Origin: a virus
Length of the DNA: 64,000 nucleotides
IMG/VR virus record: IMGVR_UViG_3300017752_000002
Strand: one strand, 5' to 3'
This document shows positions 1 through 11,800 of this stretch, one piece after another. Each line of letters opens with the position of its first letter. The first letter of the stretch is position 1. The notes under the pieces were generated by a model. It saw nothing but the letters and a program-made list of their open reading frames with translations, was not told the DNA's origin and did no database searches. A program made the translations under genes and the position numbers.

Positions 1-3000
1 TTAAAAGCTGGTGCACCTTTACCAACTGGTGCTATAAAAGTCACATACAGACATTTCTCATATTCTGGTTCAGGAAACTTCTTCTCAGTTGATTCTTATT
101 CAGGTATTAACTATGAAGATATTCCTTCATTCGAATATCAAGATGCTACTGGTCAAAAAGTCACAATCGACTTACATGATGTTGTAGATTATAGACCAGT
201 AATTTCAGGTGCTAATACTTTTACACCAGAACTACCGAAGATTGGTACAGACTTAACAACTCCTGTAGCATTTTATGTTGGTAGAAAAGATAAACTATCT
301 ATATCCTCTACAGGAAAAATTCAAATAGTAAGTGGGCAACCATCTGAATATCCGCAAGAGCCAGAAGATCCAAAACAAGGATTGGTGCTTGCTAGTATGG
401 ATATACCACCTTATACTAAAAATGTTTCTGATATAAAAATATTCCAAAGAGATAATAGAAGATATACCATGAGAGATATTGGTAGTCTTGAAAAAAGAAT
501 TAAGAATTTAGAATATTATACTTCTTTATCGCTACTAGAAAAAGACACTAAATCAACAGCAATTAAAGATGCTACTACTGGCTTAGATAGATTTAAAAAT
601 GGTTTTGTAGTTGATGACTTTACAGGTCATGGTGTAGGTAATGTTAAATCGCCTGACTATAATGTTTCTGTTGATGCGAAAAACAGAACACTACGACCAG
701 CACACTTTACAGATGTATTAACAGTTATAGAAAATATTTCAAACACTACTCAAAGAACAACAAGAGGTTATACTAAAACTGGAGATTTAATCACACTACC
801 TTATACTGAGTCAAGTTTAGTTAGCAATCCTAATGCTACTAGATCTCTTGATGTAAACCCTTATAAGATTGGTGCTTATAAAGTAGAAGTACAATTATTC
901 CCAGAGTCAAGTATCTGGAAAGATACAGATAGACGACCAGACTTAACAGTTCAAGATGATAATAACACAGATGCGATTAGATTCTTAGCTGAGCAAACAG
1001 GAGTAGTAGGAACTGAATGGAATGAATGGGCAAACAACTGGACTGGTTCTTCTTCATCTACTACAACATCTTCTAGCAGAATTGGTAATACTATAAGTGT
1101 GTTTCAAAATACTGTCACCACTGAAACAGGAAACAGAACAAGAGGTGGTACAAGAACATCTATAACCACATCAACCAACTCACAAAACTATGGTGATAAA
1201 GTTGTTGATATGACATACATCCCTTACATTAAGGATGAAGTTGTAAATATTGACGCAAGAAATGCTAAACCTAATTCACAATATTTTGTGTTTATTGATG
1301 GTGAGCGAGTTGATACCAGTTATGTAAAACCTGCTGACATATTTAAAGTCACACAAGTTGCTGGTTCAACTACACCTATTTTAGATCCAGGACTTTTAGA
1401 TGCTGGCTTACTAGCTGACGATCCATTTCGTGCTTACAATGGTAAAATTGTAAACGCATTTAACTTCGGTGATGTAATTAAAAATGCTGACCACACTGCT
1501 ACTAGGATTGATACAATAAATCATATTACTTCAGCAGATGGTGCAACAAGTTTCACTATGACAGTTCAAGATGCTACTGGTTTAAATCCAGGACATCATG
1601 TTTTCTTATATAACTTGAACGCAACAAGAGGAACTGACGCAACTAACAACAGAGGTATAGAACAAAATATTACTTCTACTATCCCAACTATTGGTACCAA
1701 TCACTCAAAACAATTAAACAGAAAATATTTTAAGATTACTGCAGTTTCAGGAACTACTATTACTCTATCAGCACTTGATGGTTCTAATATCGCAGCATTC
1801 GATTCTTATGCGAGAGCTTCAGCTTATACTGGAACTGATGGTGGTAAATTACAAAGACTTACTGCTTCAGGAATTATATCTTATGCTGGTGTAAAAGATT
1901 CAGCTACAGTAAGAGATGTTCATATAACAAATATTAAAAATGGTTTTGCTATCGGTGAAAATGTCACTGGTACTGCCGATATTGGATTAGGTGCGAAAAA
2001 TACACTTACTCTAACAGAAATAAATGGTTCTTCAATATCAACTGCTGCTCCAACAATGAAAGCTACAGGAGGAACTATTACTTCTGATAAAGAAGGATCT
2101 TTAAATGCTGTGCTTTATATTCCTGCTGGTAGATATAGAACTGGAGAAAGAAGCATAAAACTTTCTGATAATATTTCTAATACTGATGCTGACTTCGATT
2201 CGTTTGGTTCAGCATTATTTACTGCTAATGGTATGCAGTTAGCAAAAGAAAGAACTGTTGTCTCTTCAAGAAATTTAAGTTTCGTTGAAGATAGATTATT
2301 CCAATCACAACCTATTCGAAGATCTTCTGTTTCTAACAGATTAGTTCAACAATTTAATGTTGGTGGTCACGATCCACTCGCTCAAACTTTCGTTGTTCAA
2401 TCTGATGGTGGTGCATTTGTTACATCTGTTGACTTATACTTTAAGCAAGCAGGTGAAAGACCAGTCTATGTAGAAATTAGAACTACTGATAACGAAGTAC
2501 CTTCTACAAAGATTGTTCCTTTCTCACAAGTTATATTACAACCAGCTGATATTAATACCAGCACTAATGGATCTGTAGCAACAACTTTCACATTCCCATC
2601 ACCAATTTATTTACAAGAGAATGAAACTTATGCTCTAGTTGTAAAAGTTGATGAGCCAGGATGTGAAGCATATATTTCTGAATTAGGTGGAACTGATTTA
2701 CTTACTGAAAATATTGTAGGTATTCAACCACTAACTGGTTCACTATACTTATCGCAAAACTCTAGAGAGTTTGAAATTAATCCACTGTTAGATCTTAAGT
2801 TTGATTTAAAACAAGCATCGTTTACTGAAAACACAAATGGTACAGTACAACTAAAAGCAAACCCTGCTGAAACTGTAAGACTTAACAAAGATCCTTTCCA
2901 GTTTACTACTAATTCTGAATTGGTAAGAGTACATCAAAAAAATCATGGTTTCGCTGCAGGCGATATCGTAATAATTGATGGAGTTGCTGATGGATTATAT

Positions 3001-4764
3001 GGAGCAAACTCTATAACTAATGGTGCAAGTCAAGATTTATTAAATGGTGCTCACACTATACAAACAAATGGACTACAAAAAGATTCTTATGTAATTGACT
3101 TAGAAACAGTTGATGCAAATAATAACGATATATTAGATGGAGCAGTTTCTGACTTTATTACTGGTAGATATGGTGGCTCAATAGTAGATGCTTCAAGGCA
3201 ACTTACTGCTGATGCTTTGTATTTCAAAACTGAAGATTTAGATTTTGATGACACAGAATTATCTTACACTATAAATTCTACAGACACTAGCGGAACTGCT
3301 AGTGGTAATAAAACTATTGTTCCTAATGCTACATATAATTTTGATAGTAGGAAAGTAATTAAGTCTTTTGAAAACCAAACAACTGTTTCAACGACACCAC
3401 TAATTAAAACTCCGACACTAACATTTGATGCTACCATAAGTACAACAAATAAAAATGTTTCACCTGTAATTGATTTACAAAAACTTGGTGGATATGCGAT
3501 TACGAATTTAGTTGACCAGTCATCAACTGCTATAAATGTCCCAGAGATTGACCAGAAAAAATTAATTAATACTGGAGATATTGGTTTAGCATTATCAACT
3601 TCCTCGGGAACTGGTACTGTGAGTACAACTTCTGCTAGTCCTACTGTGACTGGTTCAGGAACTGCCTTTACAACCCAAGTCTCAGTTGGCGACACATTAA
3701 CAACATCTGCTGGTGCATTAGGTAGAGTAAGAACTGTAGGAAGTGACACAAGTATAACACTATGTGATAACACTGCTCAAGTTTCTACTGGGGCAACTTT
3801 CCAAATTACTTCTGACCCAGTAATTACATTTAAACATGGAGCAAAAGCTGTAGAGTCAAATGTAGATGCGATTGATAATCTACTTGATAATGTTACAGCA
3901 GGAAGTCAGTTATACTTAACTAACATACACCCAGAATTAAATGGTGCTATCGATGTAGAGTCTGTTATTGTAAGCTCAAGCACACTACCATTCGGTGGTA
4001 ATCAAGAGCTCGATAAAACTACTATAAATAAAACAGCGAACTTTAGTTTTAATGAAACTAACGATATCAAATTAGATGTCGCTCAAAACTTTACTGAGCA
4101 AAAAGCAGGATTTACTATTACATCACAAACAAGTTCAATTAATGTCACAGCTTCTGGTGCAGTTGATGGTAAATTAATTGCTGGTGATATATTAGTTATC
4201 GAAGATGCTGATGGTGTAGGGTCTCTTTCTACTGTTGGTGGTGTACAAGTATTTAATAAAACTATTCTTGGTACAGTTGCATCAGTAAATGGTACGAACA
4301 TAGCATTGGCTGCAAACGCAACTGCTGCACTTACTGCTAAGAATGTAGTTATAAGAAAAGATATATCAGCTTCTACTTGGAACTTCTCTGCTATGGAAGA
4401 GTTTGTTGCTGATACTGCTCCAGTTGGTGCTACTAATTTAGCAAACTATATAACTAGAACTCTAGAATTAACTAATCCAGCTGACGCATTAAATATTACA
4501 TTCGATGCTAATGTACCGAAGTCAACAAATTTACAAGTTTTCTATAAAGCATTCTCTGGTGATACAAATCCTGATACTTTAAATTGGATAGATTCTGGAT
4601 TTACTGTATCATCTAAAGATGCAGTTGATGTATTTACTGAAAGGAATATAACTGTAAGCGATATCCCTGAATTTACAAAGGTTGTTGTTAAGATTGTTAT
4701 GAAATCTACTGATACAATCTCTGTACCAAAAGTTCAGGCATTCCGATTAATTTGTCATAGCTAG
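1..4764 (+). CDS. Large virion structural protein (VrlC-like/DUF4815-type), 5'-truncated
   Basis: Frame is open from base 1 into the 382..4764 ORF. T/S/G-rich, with the IKRLEYYTSLSLLE and DPLAQTF...VTSVDLYF style motifs typical of this family in marine T4-likes. Confidence 0.75.
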   Translation, partial: LKAGAPLPTGAIKVTYRHFSYSGSGNFFSVDSYSGINYEDIPSFEYQDATGQKVTIDLHDVVDYRPVISGANTFTPELPKIGTDLTTPVAFYVGRKDKLSISSTGKIQIVSGQPSEYPQEPEDPKQGLVLASMDIPPYTKNVSDIKIFQRDNRRYTMRDIGSLEKRIKNLEYYTSLSLLEKDTKSTAIKDATTGLDRFKNGFVVDDFTGHGVGNVKSPDYNVSVDAKNRTLRPAHFTDVLTVIENISNTTQRTTRGYTKTGDLITLPYTESSLVSNPNATRSLDVNPYKIGAYKVEVQLFPESSIWKDTDRRPDLTVQDDNNTDAIRFLAEQTGVVGTEWNEWANNWTGSSSSTTTSSSRIGNTISVFQNTVTTETGNRTRGGTRTSITTSTNSQNYGDKVVDMTYIPYIKDEVVNIDARNAKPNSQYFVFIDGERVDTSYVKPADIFKVTQVAGSTTPILDPGLLDAGLLADDPFRAYNGKIVNAFNFGDVIKNADHTATRIDTINHITSADGATSFTMTVQDATGLNPGHHVFLYNLNATRGTDATNNRGIEQNITSTIPTIGTNHSKQLNRKYFKITAVSGTTITLSALDGSNIAAFDSYARASAYTGTDGGKLQRLTASGIISYAGVKDSATVRDVHITNIKNGFAIGENVTGTADIGLGAKNTLTLTEINGSSISTAAPTMKATGGTITSDKEGSLNAVLYIPAGRYRTGERSIKLSDNISNTDADFDSFGSALFTANGMQLAKERTVVSSRNLSFVEDRLFQSQPIRRSSVSNRLVQQFNVGGHDPLAQTFVVQSDGGAFVTSVDLYFKQAGERPVYVEIRTTDNEVPSTKIVPFSQVILQPADINTSTNGSVATTFTFPSPIYLQENETYALVVKVDEPGCEAYISELGGTDLLTENIVGIQPLTGSLYLSQNSREFEINPLLDLKFDLKQASFTENTNGTVQLKANPAETVRLNKDPFQFTTNSELVRVHQKNHGFAAGDIVIIDGVADGLYGANSITNGASQDLLNGAHTIQTNGLQKDSYVIDLETVDANNNDILDGAVSDFITGRYGGSIVDASRQLTADALYFKTEDLDFDDTELSYTINSTDTSGTASGNKTIVPNATYNFDSRKVIKSFENQTTVSTTPLIKTPTLTFDATISTTNKNVSPVIDLQKLGGYAITNLVDQSSTAINVPEIDQKKLINTGDIGLALSTSSGTGTVSTTSASPTVTGSGTAFTTQVSVGDTLTTSAGALGRVRTVGSDTSITLCDNTAQVSTGATFQITSDPVITFKHGAKAVESNVDAIDNLLDNVTAGSQLYLTNIHPELNGAIDVESVIVSSSTLPFGGNQELDKTTINKTANFSFNETNDIKLDVAQNFTEQKAGFTITSQTSSINVTASGAVDGKLIAGDILVIEDADGVGSLSTVGGVQVFNKTILGTVASVNGTNIALAANATAALTAKNVVIRKDISASTWNFSAMEEFVADTAPVGATNLANYITRTLELTNPADALNITFDANVPKSTNLQVFYKAFSGDTNPDTLNWIDSGFTVSSKDAVDVFTERNITVSDIPEFTKVVVKIVMKSTDTISVPKVQAFRLICHS

Positions 4765-4772
4765 GAGTAATT

Positions 4773-5003
4773 ATGATTTGGGCAGGAACTAAAATTGAAG
4801 GCGAACCAGATTTAAGAAAAGATAACGATAGTAAAGCGATTATCAATACTAATACTGATGCATACAAAAGATATAAACAACATCAATCTGGAAAAATAGC
4901 TGAGTTGGCGGAAAAAGAACGCATGAAAAAAGAAATAAATATACTTAAAGATGATGTTAAAGATATCAAAGATATGTTAATTAAACTCACGGAGAAACTA
5001 TAA
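4773..5003 (+). CDS. Small conserved protein with coiled-coil C-terminus
   Basis: AGGAG RBS; 76 aa ORF directly after the large structural gene. Confidence 0.7.
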   Translation: MIWAGTKIEGEPDLRKDNDSKAIINTNTDAYKRYKQHQSGKIAELAEKERMKKEINILKDDVKDIKDMLIKLTEKL

Positions 5004-5212
5004 TGGCAAAGGAAGCTGCAGTCGCACAAGTAAGTCAGAGTGAAACCTTTGACCAGTGGCGAGTAAAAACGAATTTGAATATTACTAAGGGAAACAACCA
5101 AGAAGATAAACTTGGCGACTTAGCACTATTACAAAATGGAGAAGCTGATTTAACATCAGCTGTTAATAACGCAAGAGATTATTCAATAGCAATTAGTATT
5201 GCACTTGGTTAG
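5003..5212 (+). CDS. Small virion structural protein with C-terminal SIAISIALG tag
   Basis: TFDQWRVKTN fibre N-terminal-type motif; start overlaps the previous stop. Confidence 0.65.
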   Translation: MAKEAAVAQVSQSETFDQWRVKTNLNITKGNNQEDKLGDLALLQNGEADLTSAVNNARDYSIAISIALG

Positions 5213-5234
5213 TCTTTAAGAAAAGGGAAAATAA

Positions 5235-5558
5235 ATGGCAAACGATTTTAAAAATGGATTGGCGAAGGATGTTGGGTCTTCGGCAGTCACACTCTACACA
5301 ACTCCCAGCTTAAAGCAATCCATCATTATCGAATGTGATGTATGCAATACAACTTCTGCTACTATAACCACTGATGTGTTTATAGCTTCTGGCGGACAAG
5401 ACTTCCATATTGTGAAGAACGCACCAGTCCCAACAGGTGGTACTCTTCAAGTGGTTTCTAACCAGAAAATTATATTAGAAAGTGGCGAAGTTTTAAAAGT
5501 AAAAAGTAGTGCAGCATCATCTGCGGATGTTATTGCTTCAATACTTGAAGATGTATAG
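5235..5558 (+). CDS. Small virion structural protein
   Basis: 107 aa beta-rich ORF (MANDFKN...ILESGEVLKV) in the fibre cluster. Confidence 0.65.
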   Translation: MANDFKNGLAKDVGSSAVTLYTTPSLKQSIIIECDVCNTTSATITTDVFIASGGQDFHIVKNAPVPTGGTLQVVSNQKIILESGEVLKVKSSAASSADVIASILEDV

Positions 5559-5568
5559 GAAATAAAAT

Positions 5569-7818
5569 ATGGCATATATTGGTTCACAAACTATTAATGC
5601 GAGTACTACACTCACGCGACCTAGAGACGAGTTCGTATGTGATGGTAATACCAAAGCATTTAAATTAAGTCAAGAAGTTCCTGGAGCATTTGAGTCAAAT
5701 GTTCAGGTTGTACTTGGGAATATTATTCAAGAGCCAGTAAATGCTTACACTATACAGGATGTTTATAGATTAACATACTCAAATTTATCATTAACAATTG
5801 GTGCTAACCAACCAGCTCGTGGCGATTTAATTACGCAAGGTGCAAATACATTCTTAGTCACAGAAGCTACTACAGGAATTTTAGATGTAATGGCTGCAAC
5901 TGCTGGTGGACCAGTACCAACTACTGGGGCAGGTTTAACATTAAATGTACCTAATATAGATTTCGGTGTAGATACGCAAGTTAAACATGATGATAATACA
6001 ATATCATATACTACTGGAACAATTACAGGAGTCAGTATTGTACAAAGTGGTGGCTCAGGATATGCTACTACTGATACAATTTTTATAGGTGCACCAAATA
6101 TTGGTGGTAATGAAACAGCTACTGCTAGTGTATCAATTTCTGCTCAAGGAGCAGTTCAAGAAATTACTGTCACTAAAGCTGGTAAAGGTTATACATCTGC
6201 ACCTGCTGTAAATATTACTTCTACAGGAAGTGGTACTAACGCAACTGCTACTGCTACTCTAGACTCTGATGGTGGTGTTGCTTCTATTGCTGTTGACTCA
6301 GGTGGGTCAGGTTATGACTCAACTACAACTACCATTACAATAGAAGATGCTACTACTGGTGGTGTTCAAGCAAAAGCAAGTATTACAAGTGTAGATGGTA
6401 GTGGTGCGATTACTGGTGTGACAATGACATCAGGTGGTTCTGGTTATACATCTAAACCAACTATATTTGTTTCAACTGGTGGTGCTACTACAACAAGTGG
6501 TACAGGTACTATAAGTGTTGCTGCCAATTCAGCTACTGTGACTGGTGTAGGATCTGCCTTTTCAAGTCAACTAACTGTAGGAAATACATTATTCGTTGGT
6601 CAAAGTGTTGTAGGTGTAATTGATGCTATCGCTAGTGATACTTCATTAACTATTAAAACAGCAATTGGATCGACAGCTGTTAATAGTTCAGCATATAGTT
6701 TCGGTGTAAGAGCTGAATTAGATTTAACATTTACTGGTAATGAAGGAACACTTCAAGTTGATTCTGTAGAAACATTACAAAGAAGAGGTTTATATTTTAA
6801 TGGTGTTCCTAGACCAGAAGAAAATTTATATATTAATCACTTAGGTGGGTCAAGTTTCCAAAATGTTCCTTCTGCTGGATCTGTGACAGAAGATACCTTA
6901 GCAACTAATTTAAAAACATTTACTGTAGATAAATTTACTTCTACAGCTTCACAGTCAGCATTTACTTTATCTAAAACTCCACCAAGTGGTAATTCTATTC
7001 TAGTAATTATTAATGGTTCAGTACAAACTGAAACTACACACTACTCAGTATCTGGTACGACTTTAACATTAGTCACTCCATTATCTGCTGGTGTGACTGT
7101 CACAGTTGTTCATATGGGTTTCAGTACAGTATCTAGAAACGCATTCGTAGATGGTACATTAACATCATCAGCATTTGCTGACTTAACATTAACTGGTAGC
7201 AAGATTGCTCAGAACACAATAGATAATACAAAACTTGCTACAAATACAGTTGTTAATCATTTAGGATATACTCCTGTAGCATCTAATGCAGGTTCAGCTC
7301 AAAGTATTAATGCTCAGTTAGCAATAACTGGCGACTTAGATTTATCTGCTGCTACAGCAGGACAAATTAAATTCCCACCATCACAAAATTCTTCATCTAA
7401 TGGTCAAACTTTAGATGACTACAGAGAAAGTTCATTAGCAACTTCTATGGGATTTGGTGGTGCTCAAGTTGGTTTACAAGCTGGAGCAACAGCTGTAAAT
7501 ACAACATACTTTACTAAAGTTGGGAATATAGTTATGCTGAATATGGAAATGACTATTACTGCTAAAGGATCTTCTACAGGAAATGCAGCAATAGTATTAC
7601 CAATCGTGGCTAATGCAGATGGCGATGCTATCATTCCTATCTGGTTTGAAGGAATGGCTTCTGGCGTGACAAGTATGATAGGTAGAATAGAAGGTGGATC
7701 TCAGTCTTTAAAATTATTTAAAAGAGATACTGATGGTGAATACACTACAGCAACCCATGCTGATTTTACTGATGCTTCACATCTGATTGGTTCAGGTACA
7801 TATAGAAGTGCAACATAA
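5569..7818 (+). CDS. Tail fibre/baseplate-associated protein
   Basis: MAYIG start, DGNTKAFKL motif, repeated GxGY(T/D) modules, Gly/Thr/Ser-rich. Confidence 0.75.
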   Translation: MAYIGSQTINASTTLTRPRDEFVCDGNTKAFKLSQEVPGAFESNVQVVLGNIIQEPVNAYTIQDVYRLTYSNLSLTIGANQPARGDLITQGANTFLVTEATTGILDVMAATAGGPVPTTGAGLTLNVPNIDFGVDTQVKHDDNTISYTTGTITGVSIVQSGGSGYATTDTIFIGAPNIGGNETATASVSISAQGAVQEITVTKAGKGYTSAPAVNITSTGSGTNATATATLDSDGGVASIAVDSGGSGYDSTTTTITIEDATTGGVQAKASITSVDGSGAITGVTMTSGGSGYTSKPTIFVSTGGATTTSGTGTISVAANSATVTGVGSAFSSQLTVGNTLFVGQSVVGVIDAIASDTSLTIKTAIGSTAVNSSAYSFGVRAELDLTFTGNEGTLQVDSVETLQRRGLYFNGVPRPEENLYINHLGGSSFQNVPSAGSVTEDTLATNLKTFTVDKFTSTASQSAFTLSKTPPSGNSILVIINGSVQTETTHYSVSGTTLTLVTPLSAGVTVTVVHMGFSTVSRNAFVDGTLTSSAFADLTLTGSKIAQNTIDNTKLATNTVVNHLGYTPVASNAGSAQSINAQLAITGDLDLSAATAGQIKFPPSQNSSSNGQTLDDYRESSLATSMGFGGAQVGLQAGATAVNTTYFTKVGNIVMLNMEMTITAKGSSTGNAAIVLPIVANADGDAIIPIWFEGMASGVTSMIGRIEGGSQSLKLFKRDTDGEYTTATHADFTDASHLIGSGTYRSAT

Positions 7819-7819
7819 A

Positions 7820-7826
7820 CTAAATA
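7820..7826 (+). promoter_or_regulatory. Late promoter CTAAATA
   Basis: Intergenic; same heptamer recurs upstream of many structural genes. Confidence 0.65.
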
Positions 7827-7845
7827 GGGTATAAGAGGAAATAAA

Positions 7846-8076
7846 ATGCCAATATCAAGAGTAAAATCTAACAGTTTAACTAAGAATATAGAATTACAAG
7901 GAGAATCATTTAGATTCCCCATTGGTACACAGGCAAACCGACCTTCACCTGCTAAGAAGGGAGATCTAAGATATAATTCAGATCTCGATAAAACTGAAAT
8001 TTACGATGGCTCAAAGTGGGATGTATATAATTCGCAGGCAGTATCACTAGCTTTGAGTGTTGCTTTAGGAGGATAA
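7846..8076 (+). CDS. Small fibre-related structural protein with C-terminal LSVALGG tag
   Basis: PIGTQANRPSPAKKGDLRYNSDL fibre-type motif; GAGG RBS. Confidence 0.65.
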   Translation: MPISRVKSNSLTKNIELQGESFRFPIGTQANRPSPAKKGDLRYNSDLDKTEIYDGSKWDVYNSQAVSLALSVALGG

Positions 8077-8079
8077 ATT

Positions 8080-8784
8080 ATGCACATTAATGTGCATGAC
8101 GACGACCAGTGGAACTGGGAAATTATTGCTACTAGAGCAAAACAAAATTTCATGGTGACTAAAGCTACTGGTAGAAAAGGTCAAACTGGTGTCATTGGGA
8201 TACCGAATATTGAAAAGTGTACACTAACTTGCGTACACACTGGATTTATAGAGATACTTGATGAAGAAAAACAAGTATTGGGTACTATGGGTCCAGGAGC
8301 AAAGTTTCATTATGGGATACTTCAACAAGGTATTTCAGCAATGAAGCCAGAGTTGGGGAAAGTCGACTACTTAGGAAAGCCGATTCCCTCAGAAGAAGTT
8401 TGTAAGAGAGTGGCTAGTTATACTCATGTTCTTTTACGAACTGCTAGTGAAGAGAGTATATTTTATTGTTGTTCCGATCCTAAGGATATGTTCATTTGGG
8501 AAGGTGACAATTATGCTTTTGGGAACTTTTCAAGTTTTGATACCGATTGGGATTTAGAACTTGGTTCCGAGTTTGTTGTTGAACCAGAAATGGGTAAATA
8601 CTTTTTTGGTTATTCTGACAATCTTGAAATAAATGGAAAAAAAGTACCTAAATATAACAAGATAAACTCTTATGTATATGATGAACCCATGAGAATAAGA
8701 GGTGGTGAAGGTGATGCCTTCTCAATTTTTACTCAAGAGGGTATGTATAAAGAAACAAGTGGTAATAGAAGATACCAAATTTAA
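8080..8784 (+). CDS. Hypothetical protein, non-fibre composition
   Basis: 234 aa ORF with GGAGG RBS; charged/aromatic/Cys composition unlike neighbours. Confidence 0.7.
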   Translation: MHINVHDDDQWNWEIIATRAKQNFMVTKATGRKGQTGVIGIPNIEKCTLTCVHTGFIEILDEEKQVLGTMGPGAKFHYGILQQGISAMKPELGKVDYLGKPIPSEEVCKRVASYTHVLLRTASEESIFYCCSDPKDMFIWEGDNYAFGNFSSFDTDWDLELGSEFVVEPEMGKYFFGYSDNLEINGKKVPKYNKINSYVYDEPMRIRGGEGDAFSIFTQEGMYKETSGNRRYQI

Positions 8785-8801
8785 TTTTATAGGAAATACT
8801 A

Positions 8802-11800
8802 ATGGCAAAAAAACTCATCGCAACTGGTTATACGATTAATGCAGCACAGAACCAGATTACTGTTCCTGGCATTATTCAACCAGTAAGGTTGCTATTAATA
8901 ACAGATATTAATAACAATACAATTTTATATAACTTCGCAGATCCAGCAACAGGTTTAGCCAATTTTGCTTACAACTATACTGCGGATACCACGACTTTCA
9001 CTACTACACTTGACTTGAGTGCTAATGGTGTCGAAAACTCACACGGATTACAGATATTCTATGAAACAGACTTTTCTAGACAAGGGTTTGAAGAAGCGAT
9101 GCTTGACCCTGTTAATAAGTTGCGTGTTTCAAACCCAGAGAACTTAATTGATACTGACTTTGAGTATGGTCTTCAATCTTCTAAATGGGAAACTCTACAA
9201 ACAGTTTTAAATATTCCTACAATTTATTCACAAGCAGGTGATGTACCTCTTGAGCAATTAAGTTCAATTACAACTACTGCTAACTCTAAGCAAGTTAAAG
9301 TGACCACTACTGCCAACTCTGGTTTATCACTAGGGGATCCAGTTCTAGTACAAGGTACGACACTAAATGCTGCAGATGGTTTCTTCTTAGTGTCTGGTTT
9401 AACTTCACAATTAGAATTCTTTTATGAAATGGATAATGCTGCAGAATCTACTGCAACTATTTCAGGTTCATATACTTCAGTTATCCCTGCTAAATTCTTT
9501 GAGGGATCTAACTTAAATATAGATTTAACAAGTACTGCGATTGAAACTGATGGAGCAAACCCATCTATAATGACAGTGACTACTGCTCAAACTCATGGAC
9601 TTAAAGCTGGTACAAGAGTTTATTTAAGACAAACAGTTGGTCCGAAAAATTTAAGAATCGCTGACCCAACTGCTAATGGTGGAAACGCACCTGATGGCGC
9701 ACCATGGGTTGATACTCGTGCTACAATTACAACAACTACTACTGTAGATGCTACTACTGCTATCGGTGGTGGTGGTGCTCAAGAATTCCCTGTTGTCACT
9801 TGGGACTGGGAAGGTACATATAACTTGTATCTTGCTGCTTCAATGATTAATACAGGGTCAGATAGAATTACATGGACAAACCATGGATTTACTGATAATG
9901 CTTCACTAATATTTCAAACACAAATTAGAGGTCAAACGAATGGTGGTTTAGTAGATGGTACAGTTTACTATGTAAATGTTGTTGACGCAAACACAATCGA
10001 ATTATATTCTGACTATGGTACTCTTGGTTCAAGAATGAATTTAACTTCTTTTGATTTCACTAGAGGTCATCCTAGATTAACACTGGTATATAAAATCGAA
10101 GGAAATAATGGTACGCAAAGATTTACTGCTTTCTATAAAAGAAACCTAGTGACTGGTAGAGCTTTCCAAAACGCACAGGCAACTCAGAATACTACTAATA
10201 CACAATCATTTAACTTTAGTATTACAACTTCAGGTTATACACCTATTAAAGCGACACTTACAAGAATCGCTTATGCTGGAAACTTAAACGATAGTGACGA
10301 AACAGTTGCTGTATCAATACAAGCTAGAAACTATCTAGGACTTGGATCTAATAACTATGGTGTCACTGTTGGTGGTGTTGGTTCTTCAAACGGAAACCTT
10401 TACCCTAACGCAGATGTGACTCGTTGTATTTATCAACAAGGTTCTAACTTCTACTTAACAACTTCATATACTCCAACTTCTTCAGTTATTGAAACTGATA
10501 AAGCTGGTTCTGTGACTACAGATTATCAATTAACTTTTTATGCAACTACTGACGAACTACCAACTTCAATGAATACTGCACACTCTGGTGCTGACTTAGC
10601 ATCTGGTAATAATAACTTCGGTCTTGGTGGTTCACAAGGTTCTAAATTATTTGCCTTTACTGGCAGATCTTCTGGAGGATCTTCAGGTACTTCTGCTGAT
10701 AACTATGCAAATAGTAATGACCCAGCTAGATTCGGTACAGGTATTCTAAGACAAACTGGTGCAGCAACTGCTTCATCAGTATCAGGTATTATTACAGTAA
10801 ACCAATCAGATGCGAATGCTGAAGATTATTCTTCTAATAGTACGCATGTCTATTATGGTTTCGCAAACGAATTAACTTCTTATAGAAATACTATCTATGC
10901 TCAAGCACATAATTTTATTGATGGTAATTCTGCTGTTATTAATGTAAACTCATATTCTACTACTAACAGATTTGAGTTCGTAGATTCTTCAGGAAATAAT
11001 GTTCCTATTGCTCAAGCACAATTTAATGCTACGATTACTGTTATATCAGCTGACTATTTCAGATTACAAATTGCTCAGTCGCCAAATACTGATGATATAT
11101 CGGCATTCCCTGAGTCATTTACAGTTGCTACAGCAACACCGAATACAACTTATAACTCAATTTATATTTCAAACCATAAATTAACAGGTGGTAATTTATC
11201 ATCTTACTCTACTACAGGTACAGTAATTGGTGGTCTAACTGGTGGTGCTAACTACACACTTCAGTACTTGAACGACTCCAGATTGATTATCAAGGATCCT
11301 AATTTATCCTCTGGAAGTGGTTCTGCTACTACAGGTGCATTTGGTAGTACTTCTAACAATGCGTCTCAGTCGTTTACTGTAGATATCCAGACACCTCTTG
11401 GAATAACTCCATCAACTGCTACGATTACTCAAGTACAGTATAGAGGTGACTTTAGAAATACAAACGAATATGTTGATTTAGCATTCTCTGATGGCGATAC
11501 TTATAGGATTGGTTCAGAGGGTGGTCAGGATACTAACCAGTTCTTGATTGACTCAGCTTTCGGTTCTAAAAATATTTCAAACCTATTAACTGGTTCGCCT
11601 AAGTCTATTAATGTGACAGTAAGTCCATCCTCTCAGGTAAACTTCTCTGTACAAGGTATGTCTAACTGGTGGGAAATAAGATTCGCAGTGACTGCTGCAT
11701 CTGGTGATGTTATTCTATCATCTGCTGGTACAGGCGAACAATTATTTGAGTTGGCTGCAAACGAAGGTGCATACGATGGTGTGTATGGTATCGCTTCAGT

